Source: Gemmatimonadota bacterium (GTDB lineage Bacteria; Gemmatimonadota; Gemmatimonadetes; Gemmatimonadales; Gemmatimonadaceae). Taken from it: a stretch of 52,922 nt of DNA. This document shows positions 35,117-44,645 of this stretch, one piece after another (the stretch's first letter is position 1; every line of letters starts with the position of its first letter). Made by a program: the position numbers and the translations under genes. The notes under the pieces are model-generated. The model saw nothing but the letters and a program-made list of their open reading frames with translations, did not search any database and was not told the DNA's origin. The DNA is taken from assembly GCA_031372565.1 (NCBI GenBank), contig JANMLN010000059.1, positions 1-52,922 on the forward strand, written 5' to 3'.

Positions 35117-35719
35117 ATGAAGGACATCCGGATTCTGATCGCGGAGGACGACGCGGAGGCGCGTGTCCTGCTGGCGCAGGTACTCGTGGCGTGCGGCCAC
35201 ATCGTGGTCGCGCAAGTGAGCACAGGTCGCGAAGCGGCCGCGCGCGCAGTCGAGCTCAAGCCGGACGTCGTGCTGCTCGACGTGCACATGCCCGACGGAT
35301 CGGGCATCGAGGCCGCCGAGGCGATCACGCGCGATCAGCCGGGGACGGCCGTCATCCTGTTCACGGGTGACGCGAGTACGGCCCTGAGCGACGCGCAGGT
35401 GCACGCCACCGCCGTGGTGGCCTTCCTGCCCAAGCCCTCGCCGGCGCCGGTGCTCGATGCCGCGGTTCGCCTGTCGGTCGATCGCGCGCGACAACTCAAG
35501 CTGGCACGCGGTGAGACCGAGGTTGCGCGCCGTCGTCTCGAAGAGCGCAAGCTCCTCGAGCGCGCCAAGGGGGTGCTGATGCGGCGCTCGGGACTCGATG
35601 AAGCCGAAGCGTACCGGCTCATGCAGCGGAGCGCGCAGAATCGCGGGCAGACCATGTTGCTGATCGCCAAGCGCATGCTCGACGAACCACCGCCCTGGGA
35701 TTTCCTCGGGGACGTCTGA
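35117..35719 (+). CDS. ANTAR-domain response regulator (NasT/PdtaR/EutV-like)
   Basis: ILIAEDD, DVVLLDVHMP, LEERKLLERAKGVLMRRSGLDEAEAYRLMQRSAQN. Confidence 0.93.
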   Translation: MKDIRILIAEDDAEARVLLAQVLVACGHIVVAQVSTGREAAARAVELKPDVVLLDVHMPDGSGIEAAEAITRDQPGTAVILFTGDASTALSDAQVHATAVVAFLPKPSPAPVLDAAVRLSVDRARQLKLARGETEVARRRLEERKLLERAKGVLMRRSGLDEAEAYRLMQRSAQNRGQTMLLIAKRMLDEPPPWDFLGDV

Positions 35720-35778
35720 CCGGCGGACGCAGCTGTCACGTGACGCGTGGCGCCTGCCCCGGCCCTGCCTGGAAGCAG

Positions 35779-37521
35779 CTACGCGCGCGCTTCGTCCCGT
35801 CGCACGAGCACCTTCTTTCCCTTGATGCGCGTGGCGGAGAGCGCCGTGATGATGTCGTCGGCAATGGTCTCGGGCACTTCGACCACGCTGTGGCGCTCCC
35901 AGATCTGGATCGCACCGATCGCGTCGGAATCGATCCCCATCTCGTTGGCAATCGCGCCGACCAGATCCCCCGGCCGCAGGTTGGACTTTCGCCCCGCGCC
36001 GACGTAGAGCTTGGCCACGGCCCAGTTCGGCGTCGGACGCGCCTTCTTTCCCTTGGGCTTCTCACCGCCCGACTCCGGCCGCGCAGCCCGGCGCTCGGCA
36101 CGGTCCGCCTCGCGCTCACGCGCGGGGTGACGCTCACGCACCGGTGCGGCCGTCGGAATCTCCGCAGCGTCGGCGTCATCGCCCCCTGCGAGCGACGACT
36201 GCTTGATCGCGGCAGCCGCAATGTCGATCAGGTCGAACTCGTCGGCGAGCGCGCTCACGACGCTGCGCCACGGATCGAGATCGCCCGCAAGAATCGCCTC
36301 GCGGAGTGCGCCTTGGGCGAGTTCGAGCCGCCGCGCGCGCAGGTCCGCGACGGTGGGCACGCTCGCCACTTCGATGGGTTGTCCGGTGACCCGCTCGATG
36401 TTGCGCAGCATCCGGTGTTCGCGCGGCTCGGCCAGCGTGATGGCCACGCCCGTGCGGCCCGCGCGCCCCGTGCGACCGATGCGATGCACGTACGCTTCGG
36501 CGGCGGCGGGCACGTCGAAGTTCACCACGTGCGAGATGTGGCTCACGTCGAGACCACGCGCGGCCACGTCGGTGGCGATCAGCAACTCGGAGGTGTGCGC
36601 GCGAAAGCGCTTCATCACGCGATCGCGCTGGTCCTGACTGAGCCCGCCGTGCAGCGCTTCCGCGTGATAGCCACGCCCGTTCAGCGTTTCGGTGAGCGCG
36701 TCGACTTCGGTACGCGTGCGGCAGAAGACGATCGCGCTCGCGGGCTGCTCGACATCGAGAATGCGGCCGAGGGCGACCATCTTGTGGGCGCGCGGCACGA
36801 TGTACGCCACCTGGCGGACCTTCGCGGTGCGGCCCGCCTTGAGTGCCTCGACGTCGATCTTGACGACCTGCGGATCGCGCAGGTGGGAGCGCGCAATCGC
36901 CGCGAGGCGCGGTGCGAGCGTGGCGGAAAAGAGCGCGACCTGCTTGTCGGCAGGCGTCGACGAGAGAATCGCCTCGAGGTCGTCGGCGAAGCCCATGTCG
37001 AGCATCTCGTCGGCTTCATCGAGCACCACGGTGCGCACGTGCGACACGTCGAGCGTCTTGCGGCGCAGGTGGTCTAGGGCACGCCCCGGCGTGGCAATCA
37101 CCACGTCCGCCCCGCGCTTGAGCGAACGGATCTGTCCTTCCATCGGCGCGCCGCCGTAGATCGGCACGGCCACGGCCCCCATCGACTTGCCGTAGCGGTA
37201 GACCGCTTCGGCCACCTGCATGGCCAGCTCGCGCGTCGGGACGAGCACGAGGGCCGTGGTGCGTTCACGATGCGGAGCGTCCGGACGGAGCCGGTGCAGC
37301 AGGGGCAGGGCGAACGCGGCGGTCTTGCCCGTACCCGTCGCGGCCTGCGCCAGCACGTCGCGACCGGCCATGAGCGGCGGGATGGCCGCACGCTGGATGG
37401 GCGTCGGTTCCTCGTATCCAAGGGCCGTGAGGACCGCGAGAACGCGCGGATCCAGGCCGAGGGCAGCGAAGCCCTCGGGCGGCGACTCGGCCGCGTCGTG
37501 AGTGTCTGGGCGTGTGGGCAT
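35779..37521 (-). CDS. deaD: DEAD-box RNA helicase with DbpA RNA-binding domain (DeaD/CsdA-like)
   Basis: ATGTGKT, PTRELA, DEAD, SAT, HRIGRTGRAG, LRPGDLVGAIANE. Confidence 0.93.
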   Translation of the reverse strand: MPTRPDTHDAAESPPEGFAALGLDPRVLAVLTALGYEEPTPIQRAAIPPLMAGRDVLAQAATGTGKTAAFALPLLHRLRPDAPHRERTTALVLVPTRELAMQVAEAVYRYGKSMGAVAVPIYGGAPMEGQIRSLKRGADVVIATPGRALDHLRRKTLDVSHVRTVVLDEADEMLDMGFADDLEAILSSTPADKQVALFSATLAPRLAAIARSHLRDPQVVKIDVEALKAGRTAKVRQVAYIVPRAHKMVALGRILDVEQPASAIVFCRTRTEVDALTETLNGRGYHAEALHGGLSQDQRDRVMKRFRAHTSELLIATDVAARGLDVSHISHVVNFDVPAAAEAYVHRIGRTGRAGRTGVAITLAEPREHRMLRNIERVTGQPIEVASVPTVADLRARRLELAQGALREAILAGDLDPWRSVVSALADEFDLIDIAAAAIKQSSLAGGDDADAAEIPTAAPVRERHPAREREADRAERRAARPESGGEKPKGKKARPTPNWAVAKLYVGAGRKSNLRPGDLVGAIANEMGIDSDAIGAIQIWERHSVVEVPETIADDIITALSATRIKGKKVLVRRDEARA

Positions 37522-37555
37522 CCCGCAACCTACTGGATTCGGGGCCCGACGTGGC

Positions 37556-37954
37556 TCAGGGCGCGGGTTTGATCGCTTCCAGCATGGCCGCCATGCGCTG
37601 GTGAATGAGCTGGACCGCCTTCATCGGACGGATCATCACCTTGAAGTCGGTGATCCGGCCGGCATCGTCCCAGTGCAGCATGTCCACGCCATTCACCACG
37701 ATGCCATCGATGTCCACGATGAACTCGAGCACGGCGTCCTGGCCCGAGCTCAGCTCGCGGACATAGCGGAACGAGGGGTTGAAGAAGACATGAAACGCCG
37801 CGCCGAGGTACAGCGTCGTCTTCGCCTTGCCGACCTGGGGCGCGTGCACCACGGGCGAGTGGAAGGTGCAGCCCTCCGCGAGCAGGGCGTCCAGCGCACG
37901 GACGTCGCGTGACGCGACGACCTTGTGCCACGCCGCCAGGGTATCGATCGACAT
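37556..37954 (-). CDS. NTF2/SnoaL-like protein
   Basis: LLAEGCTFHSPVVHAPQVGK, VNGVDML, FKVMIRPMKA. Confidence 0.85.
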   Translation of the reverse strand: MSIDTLAAWHKVVASRDVRALDALLAEGCTFHSPVVHAPQVGKAKTTLYLGAAFHVFFNPSFRYVRELSSGQDAVLEFIVDIDGIVVNGVDMLHWDDAGRITDFKVMIRPMKAVQLIHQRMAAMLEAIKPAP

Positions 37955-37978
37955 CAGGGCTCCGAGCAGCAGGGGGGA

Positions 37979-39370
37979 TCAGCTGGCGGCAGGCGCCGCA
38001 GCCTTCGGTCGCACGATCTTGTCCAGGCCGAAGCCCAGCGTGATGGTCGCGAGGACCAGCGTCGCCGAGACCGCAAACGGCCAGCCGTGACCCATGCGCT
38101 TGAACAGCGCGCCCATGAGCACGGGGAAGATCACGCGCGCGCCACCGCCGAAGGTCTGCTGCACCCCCATGAACAGGCCGCGATCGCGTGCGTCGGTCAC
38201 GCGCGACAGCATGGCGGTCACGCAGGGAAAGGTGAACGCGGTGCCGAGCGGAATCAGGGCGACGAACACGGCGAGCATGGGCAGATTGCGGGCGAGCGGC
38301 AGCCCGCCCAGCCCGGCGGCGAGCAGCACCAACCCGACGCGTGACAGACGCGCCTCGCCCAGTTTGTCGACCAACCGGCCGAGCGCCATCACGCGCGTGA
38401 TCACCGAGATCACGCCGATGTACATGAAGAAGTAGCCGATCGTCTGCTCGGTGACCTGAAACTCCGCCGCGAGGAAGAGCGCGAGCACCGCATTCACTCC
38501 CATGAACGCGCCCATCGCGATCGCGTACATCCAGATCAGCCGCGCGGCCGGCTCACCCGGGTGCGACATCACGCGACGAATCGCCGTGATCGCTCCCGGT
38601 CGCTTCTGCGGAGCCGCGGCCGCGGCGCCCTCCGGCGTTGCCACCGCGTGCTCACCCGTCATCGCCTTCGACTCGGTGAGATAGCGAAACGCAAAGCCGA
38701 TGTTGAGCACGCAGAGCGAGGCGGCCAGCAACCCCGGCGCGGCGTGCCCGATGTGGAGGTTGACGCTGCCGACCGTGAACGTCTTCTCGCCGATGGCAGC
38801 GGCCCAGGAGCCGATCACCGGTCCCATGGCGACGCCGAGGTTGGTGGCCGCCGAGAGCCAGCCGAGCGCGCGCGCGCGATCCTTGGGCTCCGTGGCGTCG
38901 GCGACATAGGCCTGGATCACGCCGACCGTACCGCCCCCCGCGCCGAGCACGATGCGCGAGAGGAACAGCGTCAGGATCGATTCGGCATACCCGAAGATCA
39001 CGAACGCCACGGCTGACGCCGCCAGTGCAACCAGCAACGTGGGGCGACGCCCGAACCGGTCGGAGAACTTCCCCCACAAGGGAGCCGATGCCAACTGCGC
39101 CACCGCAAACGCACTCACCAGAAAGCCGACCGTCTCCGCGTCGCCGCCCAGACGGCTCGTGTAGAACGGCAGCAGCGGCACGATGATCAACGCGCCGACC
39201 ATGTCGAGAAAGGCGGTGAACATCAGCACGTGCAACTTGGCCGGCACCTTCCGGAGCTCGCGCACCAGGAAGAACACCACGACCGAGGCCACGGAGCCCA
39301 CGGCGAGCTTGGCGCCGAGCGAATCGAGCACGGGGAGTGCGAGGCTCGCGCCTCCCTCCTGCAGCATCAC
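37979..39370 (-). CDS. MFS transporter (TetA-like)
   Basis: Motif A WGKFSDRFGRRP; QAYVADATEPKDRA; GTG overlaps the permease stop. Confidence 0.9.
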   Translation of the reverse strand: MMLQEGGASLALPVLDSLGAKLAVGSVASVVVFFLVRELRKVPAKLHVLMFTAFLDMVGALIIVPLLPFYTSRLGGDAETVGFLVSAFAVAQLASAPLWGKFSDRFGRRPTLLVALAASAVAFVIFGYAESILTLFLSRIVLGAGGGTVGVIQAYVADATEPKDRARALGWLSAATNLGVAMGPVIGSWAAAIGEKTFTVGSVNLHIGHAAPGLLAASLCVLNIGFAFRYLTESKAMTGEHAVATPEGAAAAAPQKRPGAITAIRRVMSHPGEPAARLIWMYAIAMGAFMGVNAVLALFLAAEFQVTEQTIGYFFMYIGVISVITRVMALGRLVDKLGEARLSRVGLVLLAAGLGGLPLARNLPMLAVFVALIPLGTAFTFPCVTAMLSRVTDARDRGLFMGVQQTFGGGARVIFPVLMGALFKRMGHGWPFAVSATLVLATITLGFGLDKIVRPKAAAPAAS

Positions 39371-40245
39371 GCCTCGACCCGGCCCAGGGCCGCGGGCGCG
39401 GCCGACCGGCCGACGAACCCGGCGAGCGCGACGATCGTGAGAGCGTACGGAATCATCTCGACAAACTGGGAAGGGAGCAGCGTGGAGCCCTGCAGGCGGA
39501 TCTGCAGCGTTTCCGCCGCGGCGAAGAGCAGGCAGGCGACCAGCGCGCGCGGCGCCTCCCACCGCCCGAAGATCACGGCTGCCAGCGCAATGAAGCCGCG
39601 CCCCGCCGTCATGCCATCGGTGAACTTGTGCTGGTCGAAGGCAAGATACGCTCCGCCGAGCGCCGTGATGGCGCCAGAGAGCAACACGGCCGTGAGGCGA
39701 ATGCGGGGCACCGACACGCCAAGCGACGTGGCCGCCTGCGGATGCTCGCCGCACGCCCGCGCCCGCAACCCGAACGCCGTCCGATCGAGCAGCCACCAGA
39801 CCCCCGGCAGCGCCAGGAAGGCGAGCCAGAGCAACGGCTGACCCAGCGTCCCCATGACGCCACTGCCCAACCCGTCACCGATCGCGGGGATGCGCGGCGA
39901 ATTGGCCGATGAATCGAACATCAACCGCAGGAAGAACGCGCCTCCACCCGCCATCAGCAGGTTGAGCGCCACCGCCGTGACCACCTGATCGGCGCGGTAC
40001 CGGATGGTCGCCATGGCGTGGAGCAGCGCCACCACGGTGCCCAGTGCAACGGCCGCCACCAGTCCGACCCACGGACTCTGGGTGTAGTGCGTGGCCACGG
40101 CCGCGCCGAAGCCGCCCGCGATCAGGTAGCCCTCGAGCGTGAGCGCAATGATGCCGGCGCGTTCCGAGAGCACGCCACCGGCCGCCGCGAACAGATACGG
40201 CACCGCGATGCGCAGCACCTGCAGCAGGATGACCGTGGCGCTCAT
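39367..40245 (-). CDS. ABC permease (nucleoside/BMP-type)
   Basis: SERAGIIALTLEG, ACGEHP, AGRGFIALAAVIFGRW. Confidence 0.92.
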   Translation of the reverse strand: MSATVILLQVLRIAVPYLFAAAGGVLSERAGIIALTLEGYLIAGGFGAAVATHYTQSPWVGLVAAVALGTVVALLHAMATIRYRADQVVTAVALNLLMAGGGAFFLRLMFDSSANSPRIPAIGDGLGSGVMGTLGQPLLWLAFLALPGVWWLLDRTAFGLRARACGEHPQAATSLGVSVPRIRLTAVLLSGAITALGGAYLAFDQHKFTDGMTAGRGFIALAAVIFGRWEAPRALVACLLFAAAETLQIRLQGSTLLPSQFVEMIPYALTIVALAGFVGRSAAPAALGRVEA

Positions 40246-41300
40246 GCGGCTGCCTTGGTCGAGGCCCGCAGCAGGCGCTGGACTTCAGGCACACTCACCG
40301 CGACCGCGAGGATCACCACGGCCTGCAGGATCTCCATCATCTGCTTCGGCACGATCGCATTCACCGCAAGCCCGCCCTGCGACAGCGTCGCGAACAGGAG
40401 GGATGCGAGAATGATCCCGGCCGGATGGTTGCGCCCCACCAACGCCACGGCGATGCCCATGTACCCCGTGCCCGCGCCGAACCCTTCCTCGTAGTAGTGC
40501 TTGTAGCCCAGCACGTAGTTCACGCCGCCAACGCCGGCCAGCGCGCCGCCCAGCACGAGCGCGCGAAACCAGGTGCGGCCCAGCACCACGCCACCATTCT
40601 CGGCGGCGCCGGGCTGCAAGCCGACCGCGCGCAGTTCATACCCGCCCCGTGTGCGAAACAGATACCACCAGCAGGCCGCGGCAAGCGACAGCGCGAGCGC
40701 CAGCGTGAGGTTGGCCGCCGAGCCCCGGAACGCCGACGAGACGTCGGCGAAGCGCGGCACCGCGCCGCTCGCGATCTCGACCGTGTGCAGCGAGTCGGGC
40801 GCATGCAGTTTGGCCGCCACGATCCAGTTGAGGAAGGCGAGCACGATGAAGTTGAGCATGATCGTCACGATCACTTCGCTCGCGCCGAACCTTGCCTTGA
40901 GCGCCCCTGGCACCGCGCCGATCGCGCCGCCGCCCACGGCGGCCGCCAGCACGCAGACGAGGGCACCGATCGGCCACGGCAGCCACGCAGGCAGCAGAAT
41001 CCCCGCCACACCCGCAGCGAACCCGCCCGCGGCCAGCTGCGACTCGGCGCCGATGTTGAAGAGCCCCGCACGCAGCGGGATCGCCACCGCGAGCCCCGTG
41101 CAGATGAGCGTCGTGGCCTTGTACAACGTCTGACCGAAGCCGTAGGCGTTGCCCCATGTGCCCTCGAGCAGCATGCCGAACACATGTCCGGGTGCCTGAC
41201 CGAACGCGAGAATGAGCACGTCGCCGACCACCATCGCGATGGCGAGCGCGATCGCAGGCGGCAGCAGCGCCTCGTCCCACCGCGTGGCGCGATCGCTCAC
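40242..41300 (-). CDS. ABC permease (nucleoside/BMP-type)
   Basis: AGLFNIGAESQ, SEVIVTIMLNF, GYELRAVG, GIAVALVGRNHP. Confidence 0.92.
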   Translation of the reverse strand: MSDRATRWDEALLPPAIALAIAMVVGDVLILAFGQAPGHVFGMLLEGTWGNAYGFGQTLYKATTLICTGLAVAIPLRAGLFNIGAESQLAAGGFAAGVAGILLPAWLPWPIGALVCVLAAAVGGGAIGAVPGALKARFGASEVIVTIMLNFIVLAFLNWIVAAKLHAPDSLHTVEIASGAVPRFADVSSAFRGSAANLTLALALSLAAACWWYLFRTRGGYELRAVGLQPGAAENGGVVLGRTWFRALVLGGALAGVGGVNYVLGYKHYYEEGFGAGTGYMGIAVALVGRNHPAGIILASLLFATLSQGGLAVNAIVPKQMMEILQAVVILAVAVSVPEVQRLLRASTKAAA

Positions 41301-42835
41301 GATCCCTCCGCGCGCGCGGCGCCCGTCATCCACGACCCGAGCGTCGCCGCCGTGGCAGCATCACCGTCGACGATCGTCACGATGCGGCCGCCGTACATGA
41401 CCGCCACGCGCGTCGACAGTGCGATGACCTCGCCGAGATCGGCCGAGACGAGCACCACGGCAGCGCCCGCATCACGGGCGGCGCGCAGGCGGGCATGAAT
41501 GAACTCGATCGCACCCACGTCGACGCCGCGCGTGGGCTGCGCTGCGAGGATCACGGCCGGCCACTCGGCACCGCCCAGCTCGCGCGCGATGACGATCTTC
41601 TGCTGGTTGCCACCCGACAGGGCGCCGGCCGGGAGCGTTCCGTCCGGGGGGCGAATGTCGAACGCGGCAATCTGTGTGGTCGCGTTCGATGCCACGCGCA
41701 CACGATCGAGCGCGAACGTACTCGCGTACCGATGCTGGCGGCCGAGGATCAGGTTGTCGGCAAGGGAGTAGTCGAGCACGAGGCCGCGTTCCTGCCGGTC
41801 CTCGGGGATGTGCGCGAGGCCGCGGTCGATCCGCTCCGACACCGTGCATCCGGAGAGTTCCTGTCCATCGAGCTGCACGCTCCCGCTCTCGCACCGTCGG
41901 AGCCCCGCCAGTGCCTCGATCAGCTCCGTCTGCCCGTTCCCCTCGACCCCCGCGATCCCGAAGATCTCGCCCGCCTGAACGGCGAAGCTGACCCGATCGA
42001 CCGCGTGGGTGCGTGTGTTGCTTCCCACGCAGAGATCGCGGACCTCGAGACGCGGCGACGCCCGCGTGGGTGTCACGACGCCGCTCCGCACCCGCTTGGC
42101 GAGCGCGACCTCGCGGCCGACCATGGCGCGCGCGATGTCGGCCGGCGTCGTTCCCGCGGTGGACATGCGACCCACCGTCTCGCCGGCGCGCATCACGGTG
42201 ATCGTGTCCGAGATGTCGATCACTTCATCGAGCTTGTGCGTGATCAGCACCACCGTGCCGCCGTTCGCGCGCAGCGTGCGCAAGACGCGCCACAGTTCCT
42301 GCACCTCGGGTGGCGAGAGCACCGCCGTTGGTTCATCGAGGATCAGGATGCGCGCGCCGCGGAAGAGCACCTTGAGGATCTCGACGCGCTGCGCCTCGCC
42401 CACCGACAGGTCGGCCACCAGGCGCGCGGGGTCGACCACGAGCCCCGTGCGCTCGCACAGCGCGCGCACCGCGGCCTCCGCCCCTGCGCGATCGAGCGAC
42501 CACCCCGAGGTCATCTCGCGGCCCAGCATCACGTTTTCGGCCACCGTCAGTGTCGGGACGAGCATGAAATGCTGGTGCACCATGCCGACCCCTGCCGCGA
42601 TCGCCGCCTTCGTATCCCAGCCCGTCACGTCGCGCCCTTCGACCGCAGCGGTCCCGGCGTCCGGGGTGAACATGCCGGCCAGCACGCGCATCAGCGTGCT
42701 CTTGCCCGCGCCGTTCTCGCCCATGAGCGCATGGATCTCGCCCTGCGCAATGGTCAACGACGCGCTGCGAATGGCGTGCACCGGGCCGAACGCCTTGGCG
42801 ATGCCCGTGAGCTGGATGGCAGCGGTGGCCGTCAC
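41297..42835 (-). CDS. ABC ATP-binding protein (two NBDs, sugar/nucleoside type)
   Basis: GENGAGKST, MVHQHF, ILDEPT, LSGGNQQK, AQPTRGVD. Confidence 0.95.
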   Translation of the reverse strand: MTATAAIQLTGIAKAFGPVHAIRSASLTIAQGEIHALMGENGAGKSTLMRVLAGMFTPDAGTAAVEGRDVTGWDTKAAIAAGVGMVHQHFMLVPTLTVAENVMLGREMTSGWSLDRAGAEAAVRALCERTGLVVDPARLVADLSVGEAQRVEILKVLFRGARILILDEPTAVLSPPEVQELWRVLRTLRANGGTVVLITHKLDEVIDISDTITVMRAGETVGRMSTAGTTPADIARAMVGREVALAKRVRSGVVTPTRASPRLEVRDLCVGSNTRTHAVDRVSFAVQAGEIFGIAGVEGNGQTELIEALAGLRRCESGSVQLDGQELSGCTVSERIDRGLAHIPEDRQERGLVLDYSLADNLILGRQHRYASTFALDRVRVASNATTQIAAFDIRPPDGTLPAGALSGGNQQKIVIARELGGAEWPAVILAAQPTRGVDVGAIEFIHARLRAARDAGAAVVLVSADLGEVIALSTRVAVMYGGRIVTIVDGDAATAATLGSWMTGAARAEGS

Positions 42836-43869
42836 GTGGTGCTCGGCACCTTGATCGTGCCCGCAATGATCTCGCGCCGGAGCGCCTCGACGTGCGCGCG
42901 CACACTGTCGGGAATGAGCGCCTTGTTGTTGCCGTCGTACACGTAGCCCACGCCATCCTCGGCCAGGCCGAAGCCGATCACGCCGCCCGTGAAGGTGCCC
43001 GCTTGTGCCCGCTTGATGGCATCGAACACGGCGGCGTCGATTCCCTTGATCATCGACGTGAGCACATGCCCCGGTGCTTCGGCGTACTGGTCGGCATCCA
43101 CGCCGATCGCCAGCGTCTTCATGCTGCGCGCCGCCTCGAACACGCCAAGCCCGGTGGAGCCGGCCGCGTGGAAGATGACCCTCACGCCGTTCTGGTACTG
43201 CGCGAGCGCGAGTTCCTTGCCGCGGCTCGGATTGCGAAAGGCGAGCGGTGTGACGCCCGCGTACTGCGCAATCACTTCGCACTCGGGGCAGACGTGCTTG
43301 ACCCCCGCCGTGTAGCCGGCCTCGAACTTCCGGATGAGCGGCGAGTCCATGCCGCCCACGAAGCCGATCTTCCTGGAGCCGCCCGCGAGCGCTGCCAATG
43401 CCCCCACGAGAAACGAGCCTTCCTCTTCGCGGAACTTGAGCGCGGCGAGGTTCTTCGGTGGCGGAATCGGCGTGCCATCCTTGGCGGTGGCCACGGCGTA
43501 GTCGATGCCACCGAAGTTCGTGTTCGGGTACTCGGCGGCCAGCTGGTTCAGGTCGTCGGTGAAGATGAATCCGACCCCCATCACGAGATCCATCCCCTCG
43601 GCGGCCAGCAGCCGGAGCCCCGGCTCGCGATCGCTGCCGTCGCCGGGCTCGATGAAGGTCACGTCGGCGCCAAGCTCCGCGCGCGCCCGTTCGCCGCCCG
43701 CGTAGGCCCCATCGTTGAACGACTTGTCGCCACGGCCGCCCAGATCGAACACGATGCCGACGCGGACCCGCTTCGCCGTCGAGGCGACTGCGGCCCCGGC
43801 CGGGCGCACGAACAGCAGGGCGGCGTGCACCAGCAGGAGCGCCCCGAGGACTGCCAGCAACTTTCGCAT
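42832..43869 (-). CDS. BMP family substrate-binding protein
   Basis: GGRGDKSFND, FREEEGSFLVG, IFHAAGSTGLG, IGVDADQ. Confidence 0.93.
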   Translation of the reverse strand: MRKLLAVLGALLLVHAALLFVRPAGAAVASTAKRVRVGIVFDLGGRGDKSFNDGAYAGGERARAELGADVTFIEPGDGSDREPGLRLLAAEGMDLVMGVGFIFTDDLNQLAAEYPNTNFGGIDYAVATAKDGTPIPPPKNLAALKFREEEGSFLVGALAALAGGSRKIGFVGGMDSPLIRKFEAGYTAGVKHVCPECEVIAQYAGVTPLAFRNPSRGKELALAQYQNGVRVIFHAAGSTGLGVFEAARSMKTLAIGVDADQYAEAPGHVLTSMIKGIDAAVFDAIKRAQAGTFTGGVIGFGLAEDGVGYVYDGNNKALIPDSVRAHVEALRREIIAGTIKVPSTT

Positions 43870-43931
43870 GAAGCCCCAAAGCTCGCCCCGGGAGGGTTGC
43901 CGCTCAAGGCGTCCCCCGGTTCTTTTCGGCC

Positions 43932-44510
43932 ATGGACATCGAGGTGCCGACACCAGCGGAGTGGGCCGAGGGCAAGTCGTGGATTCCGCGCGCGCTGATC
44001 ATGGCGTGGATCAGCTGGACCGCGGCGCAGGTGATTCGCGATACCGAGGGATTCCAGTCGATCCTGGGCGGCGTCAACTTCGGCATTCACGAGTTCGGCC
44101 ACATCGCCTTTGGCAGCTTCCCGCTGGTCATGGCGGTGCTCGGCGGCAGCCTGATGCAGCTGCTGGTGCCCGCGGGCGCGGGGCTGGCGCTCTTCCTGAC
44201 GCAGAAGGACTGGTTCGCGCTGTCGTTCTGCGGCGCGTGGTTGGCGATGGCGCTCGGCGAGGTCGCGCACTACATCGCCGACTCGCGTGCCTTGCAGATG
44301 GACCTGGTCTCGCTCGGCGAGGATGATGGATCGAGCGAGTTCACGGGGCACGACTGGAACTACCTGCTGGGGAAGGTCGGCCATCTGGGTGATGACCTCA
44401 AGATCGCGGCGTTCTGTCGTGTGGTGGCAGGAACGATCCTGCTCGTGAGCGTGTTGCACGCCGTGAGACTGTTCTGGTTGATGGCGAAGGCGCCGAAAGC
44501 GGCACGCTAA
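43932..44510 (+). CDS. membrane protein with HExxH motif (M50-like putative metallopeptidase)
   Basis: IHEFGH, LGGSLMQLLVP, YIAD, HDWNYLL; several hydrophobic helices. Confidence 0.7.
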   Translation: MDIEVPTPAEWAEGKSWIPRALIMAWISWTAAQVIRDTEGFQSILGGVNFGIHEFGHIAFGSFPLVMAVLGGSLMQLLVPAGAGLALFLTQKDWFALSFCGAWLAMALGEVAHYIADSRALQMDLVSLGEDDGSSEFTGHDWNYLLGKVGHLGDDLKIAAFCRVVAGTILLVSVLHAVRLFWLMAKAPKAAR

Positions 44511-44514
44511 CCCC

Positions 44515-44629
44515 GTCGTCGACGTGAGCAGCGCGAAGGACCTGCTTCGGTGTCGTCCTGAGCGCAGCGAAGGACCTGCTTCTGCCCTCTGCATGCAACA
44601 AGCAGGTCCTTCGCTGCGCTCATTACGAC
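44515..44629. repeat. cluster of three REP-like elements
   Basis: Degenerate copy 44515-44547, GTCGTCCTGAGCGCAGCGAAGGACCTGCTT 44552-44581, inverted copy 44600-44629. Confidence 0.85.
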
Positions 44630-44645
44630 ACCATAGATTCCGCAC

